Of a DNA stretch of 64,000 bases, positions 9,303 to 20,378 are shown one piece after another. The notes beneath the pieces are model-generated. The model was not told where the DNA came from, searched no databases, and saw nothing but the letters and a program-made list of their open reading frames with translations. Position 1 is the stretch's first letter. Each line of letters starts with the position of its first letter. The translations under genes and the position numbers were made by a program. This stretch comes from Minisyncoccota bacterium. Its GTDB lineage: Bacteria; Patescibacteriota; Minisyncoccia; Moranbacterales; UBA2206. The stretch covers positions 9,214 through 73,213 of the forward strand of contig JARLIA010000005.1 in NCBI GenBank assembly GCA_031291955.1. The letters run 5' to 3'.

Positions 9303-12300
9303 TTATTTCTCCTCTTTCACAAAAGTGACAAACAACACCGGCACCAGAAAGAGGGTGAGGAAAGACGAAAGAAGCAGGCCGAAGATGATGGCGGATCCAA
9401 GCGCGCGCCAGAGTTCATTGGAAAGAGTGATTGGGATGATGCCAAAGATAGTGCAGATGGAAGTGATGAAGATGGCCTCCAAGCGGGACTTGCCGGCGTC
9501 GACGACCGAATCGACGAAAGGAATTTCGCTTTTCAAGTTGAGATTTATCTTGTCGATAAGAATGATGGCGTTTTTGACCACGATTCCGAAAAGCGCCAGA
9601 ATCCCGATCAGCCCCGGAAAGCTCAGGGAGATGCCGAAAATCGCCATGCCGATGAATGTTCCGATGAGCGCCAGTGGCAGAGTCACCAGAACGATGGCGG
9701 CTTTTTTGAACGAGTTGAATTGAACGACCATTGTGGAGACGATCAAAAGCGCGGCGATCAGCATGGCTTGCAAGATGGATTGCACCGACTGGGTGTTCTG
9801 TTCGTTCTGTCCGCCGTAGGTTATTTCATATCCGCTCGGGAGGTGATAATTTTTGGCCAGCTTTTTTTGGAACTCGGCCAGCACTTGGTTGGCATTGGTC
9901 GTGCCGGAAACGTCCGCCGTCAGCATGACAGTGCGTTTCTGATCAAGGCGCGTAATTGATTCTACCGAAGGATTGAGTTCAATTTTGGCCACATCTTTAA
10001 TGAAGACGGGTTGGTTGGCGGTATTCAGAATTTCCAGGTTCTGGATCGCGTCCAGCGTCGGAATCTTGTTTTTTTCAAATTTGGCTACCACGTCAATGGT
10101 TTTGTTGCCGAGGATGACCGTGGAAATTTTAGTTCCGGAGATGGCCGTGCGGAGAGTGTTGCCCACGAGAGACGCATTCAGATTATAAAAAGCCATCTTG
10201 ACCGGATCGAGCGCGAAAGTATATTCAGCTGGCGCGTCTTTCAAAGAAATGTCGCTGTTGACGGTTCCCGGAATCGAATCAAGGAACGGTTTCAAGTCGG
10301 TGGCGATTTTGTCGAGAGTTGAGAGATCGTCTCCGGCAATCTGAGCTTGGAAAGCCGCGCCGGACGGCGGACCGCCACTAGGAGCTGAAACATTGATGGT
10401 CGCTCCTTGGATGTTGGCGAGATCGGCGCGGATCTCGTCGGCTAGCGTGTAAGACGGGATGCGTTTGGCGGTCGTGGGTGTCAGCTGAAGGTTGATCGAA
10501 GCGGTGTTGGAAGTGTCTTGAGAAACGCCGGTGTCCGAACCGTTGTTGCCAGGATTTCCGACCAAGGTTGAAAAGCTGGCGATTTCTTTATATTTCAAAA
10601 GTCGCGCTTCGACTTTTTGCGTGATGAGATTAGTCTCGTCCAAAGTCAGACCGACCGGCGCGCGGAGGCTGATGGAAAGCGTGTCCTCGTTCGAGGCTGG
10701 AAAAAATTCCGTTTTGAGAATTCCGGCAACCGGCAAGGAAACAGCCAAGAGAAAAATAATCAGGACGGCGGAGATGAAAAATATCCGGCGTTTTTTCGTT
10801 CTTAGGATTTTCCGCAAATATTTTTCATATACCGGAAGCGCCCGGTCGAAATGGATGATGCCGTGGATCAGGCGGCTGCCGAAACTAGCCGCCGCGTGGT
10901 TACCTTGGGTGCGCAGTTTCTGCTTTATGAGTTCGTCGTCTTTCCATTCTCTGTCGGCCAAAATCCTGTTTTCCTCAAGTTTTCTTTGGCCGATTCCGAA
11001 ATACCAGGCCATCATCCAGAGAATTATTATGAAAGTGAGGCCCGCCGCCGCGTAGCCGTAAACCGAATGGGTTGTGACGCCAAACAGGCCGATTCCCAAA
11101 AGAATGGCGGCGATGATCAGGAAGAATTTTTTGGTCAGCCGGATACGTTCCAGGACGGCCGCCAAGGGGTGGTTAATTGCAAGCGCGATAAAAAGCGAAG
11201 CGGCTAGAGTCACGGAAACGGTGATGGGGATGGAGCGGATGAACTGCCCAATGATTCCGGTGGACATGAGAAGCGGCAAAAACGCCCAAATGGTGGCCAA
11301 GGTCGTGGTGGTGAGCACGACCTTGAAATCGTTGAGCACCAAAAGGACCGCTTCTTCCGGCGTGAATTTTCCGGTCTTCATATATTGCTTAGTGGCCGAG
11401 ACGACCACAATCGCATCATCGACCAAAAGGCCGAGGGCCAAAAGCAAAGAAAAAATTGAAAGGAAGTTGAGAGATGTGCCGGTCGCGAGCATGACGCCGA
11501 AAGTGGCAAAAAACACCAATGGGATGGCCAGTCCCGCCACAAACGCTTCTTTCAGTCCAACGATGAGAAGGAGAACACCCACCACCAGCACCAGCGTGAT
11601 GAAAAAATCCCGCGTCAATTCGGAAAAACTCTGGTTGATCTGATCGGCCTGATTAAGGGTCGTGGCGGTGCTGATCCCCGGCGGAAGGGTGGCCAATTGG
11701 CTGGTGACAGAATTTTGGGCTGCGTCGATCGTATCCAAAATGGAACTGCCGGTGCGTTTCACAACTTGGATCGTCACTGAATTTTGTGGCGAACTGCCAT
11801 TTTTAGAGAAGCGCGACAGAACCGTTTTTTCCACGGCGGTTTCCTGGACGTCGGCGATATCTTTCAAATAAACGATTGCCCCGTTGCTTTCGTGAAGGAC
11901 GGGAATGTTTCCAAGGGCGGTTGCGGAATATACGCGGGCGTCGGCGCGGACCGGATAGTTGAATTGCCGGCCTTCGAAATTCCCGCCGGGAATGGCGTGG
12001 TTGGTGGCTGTGACGATCTGATTGGCTTGGTCGGCCGTGATGCCATATTGCGCCAATTTGTCGGGATCGTAAGAGATATCAAATTCATACTGATCGCCGC
12101 CGGAAACATCTACTTGCCTTACGCCGGGAATTTTTTCCAATTCGCTCTGGATATTTTCGGCGTAAGTCCGGAGCGTGAATCCGTCGTACGGACCGGTCAG
12201 CTCGAAAGTGACAACCGGCGTGTTGTCGAGCGAAATTTGGATGACTTGCGGATCATTGGCGTCCGTCGGGATGTCGTTTCGAATTGTGGACAATTGGTCG

Positions 12301-12761
12301 CGCAGCCGCCGAGTGGCGTCGTCAACATTCTGGTCGGAATCGAATTCGACCGTGACTGACGAAAAAGAATTGCTGGAGGTCGAGGTGATTTTGTTTATCC
12401 CGGCTACGCCGGAAATGTCCGTTTCGATTTTTTTTGTGACCAGTTCTTCGACGTCGGCGGGTGAAGCGCCTGGATAAACATCGGTGATGACGGCCACCGG
12501 AATGGTTACTTCCGGATTGGATTCGCGCGGCAGCTTCAGGAAAGAATAAATTCCCCAACCGGAAAGCAGGATGATCATCAAAATCACGACGCGAAAATTG
12601 GTGATGAAAAAATTGAACCAAGTTTTTCGAAGTTCCGGGCGGAATTTGAGTTTGGCAAGATAAGCCAAGTCGCTTGACCTGGAGGCGTCTTTTTTCTGGC
12701 CGGCTTCCTGGTCGTTTTTTGAGTCTTGATTTTTCATTGAGAAGATATTAGTTCTGCGCAA
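9303..12761 (-). CDS. RND efflux permease (AcrB/AcrD/AcrF family); start may be 12737
   Basis: YPGASPADVEELVTKKIE, GLLVDDAIVV, GIVVKNAIILID. Confidence 0.95.
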   Translation of the reverse strand: MRRTNIFSMKNQDSKNDQEAGQKKDASRSSDLAYLAKLKFRPELRKTWFNFFITNFRVVILMIILLSGWGIYSFLKLPRESNPEVTIPVAVITDVYPGASPADVEELVTKKIETDISGVAGINKITSTSSNSFSSVTVEFDSDQNVDDATRRLRDQLSTIRNDIPTDANDPQVIQISLDNTPVVTFELTGPYDGFTLRTYAENIQSELEKIPGVRQVDVSGGDQYEFDISYDPDKLAQYGITADQANQIVTATNHAIPGGNFEGRQFNYPVRADARVYSATALGNIPVLHESNGAIVYLKDIADVQETAVEKTVLSRFSKNGSSPQNSVTIQVVKRTGSSILDTIDAAQNSVTSQLATLPPGISTATTLNQADQINQSFSELTRDFFITLVLVVGVLLLIVGLKEAFVAGLAIPLVFFATFGVMLATGTSLNFLSIFSLLLALGLLVDDAIVVVSATKQYMKTGKFTPEEAVLLVLNDFKVVLTTTTLATIWAFLPLLMSTGIIGQFIRSIPITVSVTLAASLFIALAINHPLAAVLERIRLTKKFFLIIAAILLGIGLFGVTTHSVYGYAAAGLTFIIILWMMAWYFGIGQRKLEENRILADREWKDDELIKQKLRTQGNHAAASFGSRLIHGIIHFDRALPVYEKYLRKILRTKKRRIFFISAVLIIFLLAVSLPVAGILKTEFFPASNEDTLSISLRAPVGLTLDETNLITQKVEARLLKYKEIASFSTLVGNPGNNGSDTGVSQDTSNTASINLQLTPTTAKRIPSYTLADEIRADLANIQGATINVSAPSGGPPSGAAFQAQIAGDDLSTLDKIATDLKPFLDSIPGTVNSDISLKDAPAEYTFALDPVKMAFYNLNASLVGNTLRTAISGTKISTVILGNKTIDVVAKFEKNKIPTLDAIQNLEILNTANQPVFIKDVAKIELNPSVESITRLDQKRTVMLTADVSGTTNANQVLAEFQKKLAKNYHLPSGYEITYGGQNEQNTQSVQSILQAMLIAALLIVSTMVVQFNSFKKAAIVLVTLPLALIGTFIGMAIFGISLSFPGLIGILALFGIVVKNAIILIDKINLNLKSEIPFVDSVVDAGKSRLEAIFITSICTIFGIIPITLSNELWRALGSAIIFGLLLSSFLTLFLVPVLFVTFVKEEK

Positions 12762-13896
12762 TGTTCACCGGATCGCCGTCTTGGACAAGTCTGCTGCCGT
12801 TTAGGATAATTTTAGCGTTCGACGGAATGTCCGCTTTTATTTCGGCGGCTTCTCCTTCGACCGAAACAATAGCCGCGTCTATTTTTTTGGCTTTCCCGTC
12901 GCTGTCAATGAAAAGATAGCTGTTGTTTTGACCAACGGTTATGGCGGAAAGAGGCAAAAGAAAATCGCCGCTCACGCTCGGGTGTCGGGTTGTTTCGAGC
13001 GTGACTGTGGCCAGCGTGCCGGGGGCGAGCAATGGACCGACCGGGATTTGGCTTTGGGGGTAGGCTTCAAGGAGGAATCTTTTGGTGGCCGGATCGGCGA
13101 CGGGGGAGATGTTTTTGACCGAAGCAGTGATGTTTTGACCGCCATCGCTGACCACAGACACAATTTGGCCTTGGGGAAATTCCGCCAGGTGATCCGGGTC
13201 GACGAAAAATTGCAGTTTGACGTTTTTGGTCTGGCTGATCGTGGCGAGAGTTTGCCCGACATTCACCGAATCTCCGACTGAAACGGATTTTCCAATGATG
13301 AATCCGGCAATGGGGCTCGTGATGATGTGATCATCGAGTGTGCTTTTCAGGCTGACTCGCAAACCGCTGAGCTTGAGATTGTCGATATCGATCTGCTTTT
13401 GAGCGGCGTCTACCTGGGCTTTTGAAACTGTTTTGGCGAGCGTCGAGTTGTTCTGCTCTTGGTCGTAAGCTTTCTTGAGATCCTTATAATTTTTTTTGTC
13501 CAGGCTGAGTTGCTCGGCGGCTTGTTCTTTGGAAAACTGGGTCTCTTGGACTTGGCTGGACTGGAAATCCTCGTAGCCTTGGCCAAGCGTGTTTCCCGTG
13601 TCGTCTATCCGCGCCAAAAGAGAACCGGCTGAGACCTGATCGCCGAGACTAAACGGCACCTCGCTCGCGTTGCCGGCGGCTTTGGCGGTCACGGTTATTT
13701 CCTGATCGGAGGCGACTGTGGCCGGGTAGGTGAGAGTTTCCTTGAAATCATGGCTGTTGGCGGCTGTTTGAAAGGTGATGTCCAGTGGCGCCCGAGATTG
13801 GGATTGTGTCTCAGTCGGCGCTTTTTTGGAGAAGCGGTAGACAAGGAAAAAAATGAGAATGAGTCCGACAGCTGAAGCGATTATTTTCTTTTTCAT
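12748..13896 (-). CDS. RND membrane-fusion/adaptor subunit
   Basis: N-terminal TM, lipoyl half-motifs (GDQVSAG, ITSPIAG), helical hairpin, ISPVADPATK. Confidence 0.9.
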   Translation of the reverse strand: MKKKIIASAVGLILIFFLVYRFSKKAPTETQSQSRAPLDITFQTAANSHDFKETLTYPATVASDQEITVTAKAAGNASEVPFSLGDQVSAGSLLARIDDTGNTLGQGYEDFQSSQVQETQFSKEQAAEQLSLDKKNYKDLKKAYDQEQNNSTLAKTVSKAQVDAAQKQIDIDNLKLSGLRVSLKSTLDDHIITSPIAGFIIGKSVSVGDSVNVGQTLATISQTKNVKLQFFVDPDHLAEFPQGQIVSVVSDGGQNITASVKNISPVADPATKRFLLEAYPQSQIPVGPLLAPGTLATVTLETTRHPSVSGDFLLPLSAITVGQNNSYLFIDSDGKAKKIDAAIVSVEGEAAEIKADIPSNAKIILNGSRLVQDGDPVNIAQN

Positions 13897-14026
13897 AACT
13901 GTTTTTGATAATTTTTTTATGATTCAACATAGGGAAGTCTATCAATTATATGGGCATCTTGTCAAAGAAAAAAAGCCATTGGGTTGAGTGAGTTGGCAGT
14001 AATAATAACCGGTAGTTACGATCTTA

Positions 14027-15823
14027 TCAGCTTTGCCTTTCTTCGTGCAAAAGCATGTTTATTGCATGAGACATGGAACCGGCGTGAGTGACTTCACCCG
14101 CGTTAATAAAGAAAATGTCGTCGGCGTTTTCGATGGTGTTGAGCCGGTGCGCGATGATGACTTTAGTTGTTTTTTTCGGCAAGTTGCTAATTATCTCTTC
14201 CAGCAACTGTTCCGTGACGGTGTCGATGTTGGCCGTGGCTTCATCTAAAATCAGAATGTCGGGACTCCGCAATACTGCCCGGATAAAGGCGATCAATTGT
14301 TTTTGTCCGAGACTGATAGCGTCTCCGCTTGAAACTACCTTGGTATCCAGGCCTTCGGAAAATCGCGCGAGCAGTTTTGTCAGATTGGCTTTTTCCAGCA
14401 TGGTGGTCAGCTCGGCGTTTGTATAATTATTGTAATTCCCGTTTCCATACAAGATATTTTCCCGGACCGTGCCGTTGAACAGGAATGGTTCTTGCAGGAT
14501 GAAGCCGATCTTTTTTGCCCTCTCGGCTGACTCGTAAAAACGAATGTCTTTTCCTTCTAGATAGATCGTGCCTAGAGTCGGATCGTACAGGCGCGCCATC
14601 AAAGAGGCTGTGGTGGTTTTTCCTCCGCCGGTCGGTCCAACCAGTGCATAGGTTCGGCCTTTTTGCAGAGAAAAGTTGATATTTTTCAAAACATCTTTTC
14701 CTGGAGTGTACTGGAAAGAGACGTCTTTGAATTCCAAAACAGTTCCCGAGGTGGCCGGCGTTCCAGCTGTCGCTTTCTTTTCGGACATCGTTTTTAGGTC
14801 CGACTCAAGGTCGAGAACTTCCGAGATGCGGTCCAGCCCGGCCAGGGCCAGCTGGAGAGAAGACCACACGGAAGCGAGCTGGCGAAGCGGGTTGTAAAAA
14901 TTATTGACGTAGAGCAAAAAACCGATAAGCAGTCCGACCGTGAACTGGCCAAGTGTTATGAGATAGATTCCATAGGCTAGAACAGTCAGCTGAGCCAGGG
15001 ACGAAGCCAGCACATAGATAGGATTAAAGATGTTGCTGGCCACGCCGGCCGCCACCGAGGCGGAATAATTTATCTCGTTGGACTCTTTAAATTTATTCCG
15101 GAAATAATCCAGGCGATTGAAGGCTACAATCACTTTGAAATTATTGATACTTTCCTGGATTTCCGCGCTCATGCCGCCCAAAGACCGGAGGCTTCTAAGG
15201 CTGGTGCGCTTGACCCAGGGAGAGAGAAGTTGGGTGGCGAGAAGGGCGATAGCCGCGGGTAAAAGCGCGACTAGACCGAGTCGAAAATTGATAAATATAA
15301 TGAAAATGCCCGTGCTGATGATAAGGATGATGTTGCTGACAAATTGCATCAGCGCCTGGGAGAAAAACTGGTTGAGCTTGTCGGTGTCGTTATTTATGCG
15401 CGAGATGAGATCGCCGGCTTTATTGGCATTGAAAAAAGACACTGGCAACTCTTGGAGTTTGCCAAATATTTTGTTGCGCAGATTGAAAAGCAATCGCCGG
15501 CCCATTCCTCCCATATTCAGAATCTGTATATAGCTGGAAACGAGGCCCGCGATAAAAATAATGGCCAGGAGGACTGAAAATAACAAGACCCCGTGGAAAT
15601 CTTTTCCCATGATGTAGACGTCTACGATATGGGCGATGATGATAGGCACGACCAATGAAACGGCGGAGTTGACAAGGATGGCCGTAAGGGCGATTGCCAC
15701 AGACCTTTTTTCTTCCGCCATAAGAGGCACCAGCCGGCGCCAGGCGGTAGTCAGGACGCTTTTTTCTTTTTCTTTCGCAAGGTCTGTTTTGGCAAGAGAA
15801 TAATCTGTCATATTATTTTTCAT
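14027..15823 (-). CDS. ABC exporter, fused permease/ATPase
   Basis: TMD plus GPTGGGKT, ISLGQKQ, LDEATANID. Confidence 0.95.
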   Translation of the reverse strand: MKNNMTDYSLAKTDLAKEKEKSVLTTAWRRLVPLMAEEKRSVAIALTAILVNSAVSLVVPIIIAHIVDVYIMGKDFHGVLLFSVLLAIIFIAGLVSSYIQILNMGGMGRRLLFNLRNKIFGKLQELPVSFFNANKAGDLISRINNDTDKLNQFFSQALMQFVSNIILIISTGIFIIFINFRLGLVALLPAAIALLATQLLSPWVKRTSLRSLRSLGGMSAEIQESINNFKVIVAFNRLDYFRNKFKESNEINYSASVAAGVASNIFNPIYVLASSLAQLTVLAYGIYLITLGQFTVGLLIGFLLYVNNFYNPLRQLASVWSSLQLALAGLDRISEVLDLESDLKTMSEKKATAGTPATSGTVLEFKDVSFQYTPGKDVLKNINFSLQKGRTYALVGPTGGGKTTTASLMARLYDPTLGTIYLEGKDIRFYESAERAKKIGFILQEPFLFNGTVRENILYGNGNYNNYTNAELTTMLEKANLTKLLARFSEGLDTKVVSSGDAISLGQKQLIAFIRAVLRSPDILILDEATANIDTVTEQLLEEIISNLPKKTTKVIIAHRLNTIENADDIFFINAGEVTHAGSMSHAINMLLHEERQS

Positions 15824-17582
15824 CTTTTAATTCGTATTGGTTGGTGCTTTGCTGCGAGCGGAAGATCTGGACGTATTCCGGAGACGTGCGGAGCAGTTCT
15901 TCGTGCGTGCCTTTGGCCAGCAGTTCTCCTTCCATGAGCAGGATGATCTGGTTGTAATGCTCGATAGACGAAATTTTTTGGGTGACGGATATGAGTGTGA
16001 GATCCGGATAATTTTGAGCGATATTTCCGAGGATGTTGCGTTCGGTGGCAGTGTCCACGCGTGCGGTAAAATCGTCCAGGAGGAGTATCTTTGGGTCGAG
16101 TGCCAAGGCGCGGGCCAGCATGATGCGCTGCTTTTGACCGCCGGAAAGACTGGTGCCTCTTTCTGAAACTATGGTGTCCAATTTTTGCGGCAAGGCGGCA
16201 ACGTAATCTTTCAATTGGGCGGTCTCGATCGCTTTTTCAATATGCCGGTCTTTGGCGGTGTTGCTGAAGGCAATGTTTTCCCGGAGGCTCATATTGAACA
16301 TGACGCTGTCTTGAAATACGAAACCGACCTGGCTGTGCAGACTTTCCTTGTCATATTTATCAATATCTTTTCCGTCAAAATATATCTTGCCCGTTGTCGG
16401 CGCCAGAAGGCCCGTGAGCAGGTAGAGCAGTTGAGTTTTTCCGGCGGCCGTCGGGCCGATGATGGCCGTCTTGCTGCCGGCCGGCACGGAAAAGGAAATG
16501 TCTTTGAGTGCCATTTTTTCTCCGAAATTAACCGAGACGCTCTTCACTTCGATATCTCCCTGGAGCGTCGCTTTGATCCCCTGGATTTTTTTTGGCACGG
16601 GCGCGTTGAGGACCAGTCGGATCCGTCCGTATGAAGCTTCGGCCTGGGCAATTAGGTTGCTTATAAATCCGAGAATGATTATCGGGAAAATAAGGATAGC
16701 CAGGTAGCTGTTGAAGGCCGTAAAATTTCCCAGTGACATATTATCCTGGATGACAAAATGCCCTCCCAGAAGAACTATCATCAGTGTAGCCAGATTGGTG
16801 AAAAAAGTGATGACGGGAATAAGACTTGAAAACAAGGCCAGGATTTCAAAGCTGATGTCTTTGGCTTGGGTGTTGGCGGCGAGAAACTTTTCGTTTTCAT
16901 GTCGCTGGGAATTAAGCAGGCGGATAAGCGCGCTGCCCAGGATGCTCTCGCTGATAACTTTGTTGAGCCAATCTATGGCTTCCTGTGATTTCACGAAAAG
17001 CTTTCGGACTTTTTTCAACACGAAAAAGAAGGTTAGCCCGATAACGGGCGTGATTGAAAGCACGGCCAGTCCCAGTTTCCAATCGGTGATGAGGAGCAGC
17101 ACTGAAACGCCGACAATCAAGAAAGCGGACGAAACGAGGGATGAAACGGCCGTCGAGACGAAGGTTTTGACCGCGTCCACGTCGGAAGTAAGATTGGTCA
17201 GAATTTTGGCTGGCGTGGCGGTTTCGATATATGCGTAAGGCTGTACTGAAATTTTTGCCGCGATATTATTGCGCATGTCCCGGGCCACTTTTTCGGAGGC
17301 GTAGACCTGGACGATATTTTGCAAATAGGTGAAGAGAAAGATGAGGAGGGCGATAACCGAAAATTCGACAACGAGATGGGAAATGAGAAAGCTGCCTTTG
17401 GTATAAGTGTCGATGGCGTTGGCGATGATTTTGGGAACCGCAATACTCAGCCCGTTGGCAATGACGGTAAGTGCCGCCAAAAGGACAATGATGCCCATGT
17501 ATTTTCTGAGCAATCCAAAAAGGCTCGGAGAATGGGAAGTGACAGTCTTGCCGCGGTCGTTAAGTTTTTTTTGTTCCTTCAT
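15813..17582 (-). CDS. ABC exporter, fused permease/ATPase (degenerate-site partner of a heterodimer)
   Basis: TMD plus GPTAAGKT, LSGGQKQR, Walker B LLDD lacking the catalytic Glu. Confidence 0.93.
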   Translation of the reverse strand: MKEQKKLNDRGKTVTSHSPSLFGLLRKYMGIIVLLAALTVIANGLSIAVPKIIANAIDTYTKGSFLISHLVVEFSVIALLIFLFTYLQNIVQVYASEKVARDMRNNIAAKISVQPYAYIETATPAKILTNLTSDVDAVKTFVSTAVSSLVSSAFLIVGVSVLLLITDWKLGLAVLSITPVIGLTFFFVLKKVRKLFVKSQEAIDWLNKVISESILGSALIRLLNSQRHENEKFLAANTQAKDISFEILALFSSLIPVITFFTNLATLMIVLLGGHFVIQDNMSLGNFTAFNSYLAILIFPIIILGFISNLIAQAEASYGRIRLVLNAPVPKKIQGIKATLQGDIEVKSVSVNFGEKMALKDISFSVPAGSKTAIIGPTAAGKTQLLYLLTGLLAPTTGKIYFDGKDIDKYDKESLHSQVGFVFQDSVMFNMSLRENIAFSNTAKDRHIEKAIETAQLKDYVAALPQKLDTIVSERGTSLSGGQKQRIMLARALALDPKILLLDDFTARVDTATERNILGNIAQNYPDLTLISVTQKISSIEHYNQIILLMEGELLAKGTHEELLRTSPEYVQIFRSQQSTNQYELKDEK

Positions 17583-18036
17583 AAATTCGTTTATTGTTTT
17601 TTCTCGCTGCCAAGTTTCGGGCTATTTTGTCGAACAATCGGCAGTAGGATTCGAATTCCGTATCAGTCAACGCGTCAAAAACATGTGCCATGATCTCTAC
17701 GCGTTTTTCCCACAGTGTCCCCAGGTGCTTTTTGCTTTTGTCTGAAAGCGAGAGAGCGAGTGCCCGCTTATCATCGCTGTTCGTTTTTCTGACAACGTAT
17801 TTTTTTTGGACCAGGGATTCGACCAGTTGAGTGGCCGCGCTGGAAGTCATGCTAAGGGTCCGGGCGATTTCCTTGACGGTTGCTCCTTCGTTTTTCCGCA
17901 AATACTGAAGCACTAGCCACTCGGAAGCGGTGATATGGGTGCTTTTCAGAGAGGAAGACGTCCTGGCCAGTATCTTGCGTTTCAGAACTTGGATATCCTC
18001 AAGTAGCTTTTCGATCTGTTTTTTGCGCCGTACCAT
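17560..18036 (-). CDS. MarR family regulator
   Basis: ITASEWLVL..TVKEIARTLSMTSSAATQLVESL..DDKRAL. Confidence 0.92.
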   Translation of the reverse strand: MVRRKKQIEKLLEDIQVLKRKILARTSSSLKSTHITASEWLVLQYLRKNEGATVKEIARTLSMTSSAATQLVESLVQKKYVVRKTNSDDKRALALSLSDKSKKHLGTLWEKRVEIMAHVFDALTDTEFESYCRLFDKIARNLAARKNNKRIYEGTKKT

Positions 18037-18045
18037 ATCGTTCTT

Positions 18046-18086
18046 AATTATGTAAGTATCTTAACTAATTACGGGGCGGCTGTCAA
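18046..18086 (-). promoter_or_regulatory. Promoter and likely MarR operator
   Basis: Minus strand TTGACA-17nt-TAAGAT; imperfect palindrome AATTATGTAAG-TAT-CTTAACTAATT over the -10. Confidence 0.65.
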
Positions 18087-18179
18087 TGAGGCCATATCCA
18101 ATGGGCAAAGTCCATTGCGGGATAATAAAAAAGGCATATCCGACCTTATCCGCGGGCGTTCGCTTGGCGGGACAGCTTT

Positions 18180-19916
18180 TTATCCGAAGGTGAAGGTGTA
18201 GGCTTGCGTTCCCGGTGTTTGAAACTCAAGCTTGAGAATGTGGCTCTCTGTTTTTCCATGCAGATCAACAATATTATATAATCGGTCAGTATCGACGGTA
18301 ACCGTGCTGTCTTTCACGTCCGCGCCGGCTTCCGCCGGATCAATAATCTTTCCATCGAGGAGCACCCTGACCTTGGCGGCCGCAGAACTATCCGAGTTAA
18401 GAATGATATAGACTTTGCTCGCGATAAAGTTGTAGTTCAGCGTCGCGCCGCTGCCAGCCACGGCATACTCATCGTTTATCGTCCACGTTCCGCCGTAACT
18501 GAAACTGTTCGGGCTAAGATTGTCCGACAGCGAAAATGTCTGTGTTCCGTTGCCCAAGCTCCCGCTCGGGAAGTAGTATTGCATTTTGGCCGAACCGATA
18601 TAAGTTTCCGGGGAAGTATAATTTTGCGGCGTCTGGTCGGGAACGGAAGACAGTGAGGCGGCAACGTTTCTCCCGGACTCCTTAAGCAAAGCTTGGATAG
18701 CCTGCTCCATCTGGTCGTATTCGCCTTCGCCGAAATGGGTCCGCCGGACCGCTCCCTTGGCGTCGATGAGATATTCCGCCGGCCAATATTCGTTATTATA
18801 ATTGTTCCAAGTTTTGTATTCATTATCCTGGGCGACCGGATAATGGATACCGTACATTTTGATTGCGTCCTGGACGTTGTTTGTGTCATGCTCGAATTGA
18901 AATTCCGGCGTGTGGACGCCAATCACCACAAATCCATCGTTTTTGTATTTGTCGTACCAGGCTGTCACGTGCGGCAGCGTGCGGATGCAATTGATGCAGG
19001 AATATGTCCAAAAATCAACCAGAACAACTTTCCCTTTGAGACTGGCGATGGTCGGCGGCGTGGAAGTGTCGAGCCACTTGTCTATTCCGACAAAATCCGG
19101 CGCCGAATAGTCCGCATTGAAAAGGCCGCTCGTTTTTGCTTCCGGCGCGGATTTTTTTCCCTTCAAGAGATCAAGCTGGCGCGTGACTAGTTGGCTGTTT
19201 TCAAAGCCGTTGACGGCTTTTCCGAGCGCCGGGTATCTATTCAGGAGATCCAGCTGCAGCGTCTGGTCATAGTTGGTGAAAATCGCGATCGCCGCCAGGA
19301 TCATCAGTACGCCGAAAGCCTGTTGGATTTTGGGCGTGTATTTATTCACGCCGCGCGCCCGAGCGACAAACTGCTTGCCGCCATAGGCGAACAGAAACAA
19401 CGGGACGCCGACCCCGGTGATGTAGGCTAGGGTGAGCAGGAGGACGGAAAAAGAAACTTGTCCGGTGGCCGATAGGGCCGCAATCGTTGCCAGGATCGGT
19501 CCCGCGCAAGGGGACCACAATATGCCAAGAGACAGCCCGGTGACAAATCCCGGCCAGAATCCGCTCCCGGTCTCGGCGGGACCGCGTCCGAAAATGTTGG
19601 ACAGCTTTGAAACAAAGATTTCAAATTTTTTTCCCAAAGCGGGAATGATCATGGTGAGCCCGAGAAAGGCGATGATGACAACCGCCAGCGTCCGCAGGGC
19701 GTCCGGATTAAAATGAAAGATACTGACGAGGTAGGAAATGAATAGGGTAAAAACCGTGAAACTCAACATGATGCCGAGCGTAACGCCGAGCGGCCGCTTG
19801 TGGCCAATTCCTCCGGCGATCGAAGAAGAGAGAACGATTGGCAGGACCGGCCAGATGCACGGGGCCAAAATTGTGACAAATCCGGCCAAAAATGCGAATA
19901 GGAGCAATAGAATCAT
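18180..19916 (-). CDS. dipZ: DipZ protein (CcdA/DsbD membrane domain, thioredoxin domain, C-terminal domain)
   Basis: APCIWPVLP, WSPCAGPIL, DFWTYSCINC, GVHTPEF, HFGEGEY, SPETYIG. Confidence 0.92.
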   Translation of the reverse strand: MILLLLFAFLAGFVTILAPCIWPVLPIVLSSSIAGGIGHKRPLGVTLGIMLSFTVFTLFISYLVSIFHFNPDALRTLAVVIIAFLGLTMIIPALGKKFEIFVSKLSNIFGRGPAETGSGFWPGFVTGLSLGILWSPCAGPILATIAALSATGQVSFSVLLLTLAYITGVGVPLFLFAYGGKQFVARARGVNKYTPKIQQAFGVLMILAAIAIFTNYDQTLQLDLLNRYPALGKAVNGFENSQLVTRQLDLLKGKKSAPEAKTSGLFNADYSAPDFVGIDKWLDTSTPPTIASLKGKVVLVDFWTYSCINCIRTLPHVTAWYDKYKNDGFVVIGVHTPEFQFEHDTNNVQDAIKMYGIHYPVAQDNEYKTWNNYNNEYWPAEYLIDAKGAVRRTHFGEGEYDQMEQAIQALLKESGRNVAASLSSVPDQTPQNYTSPETYIGSAKMQYYFPSGSLGNGTQTFSLSDNLSPNSFSYGGTWTINDEYAVAGSGATLNYNFIASKVYIILNSDSSAAAKVRVLLDGKIIDPAEAGADVKDSTVTVDTDRLYNIVDLHGKTESHILKLEFQTPGTQAYTFTFG

Positions 19917-20158
19917 AGTATTTCTTTGATGAGTTTAGAATTGTTTATGGAAAAATATGGAGCATTGAACGCGAAAAAAAAGATATCTTAATTATTACAA
20001 TTTTAGCATGGAAAATTCCATGTTCCCAATTAGGAATAAAAAACCAAGATTGCTTAAGTCTTGAAAAATTTTTCTCCGCGCTTTGGAGGAAGTCGGAACT
20101 TCTTTTATAAAATCCAACAGCCAAAGCCTGCGGTGAAAACTTCCATTTAGTAGCATTT

Positions 20159-20371
20159 ATGGTCTTTTCTTTAGCTAACAGGGCTTTGGAAATTTTCGAA
20201 AGTTCTGAAGTAAATGAAAAACGACAGCTCTTGAGTTTTCTACTTCAGAACTGTCGCCTTCAGGATAAAAAGCTTTTATTTGAGCTACGTTCGCCCTTTA
20301 ATGACATACTCGAATATGCTCATTATCCTTCTATGCTCCACGAACTGGAAAGAGTTCGAATCTATTTGTAA
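20159..20371 (+). pseudogene. C-terminal remnant of a large serine recombinase
   Basis: SLANRALEIFESSEVNEKRQLLSFLLQN...LRSPF resembles recombinase tails; no catalytic N-terminus; ends in an att-like motif. Confidence 0.65.
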
Positions 20372-20378
20372 AAATAAG

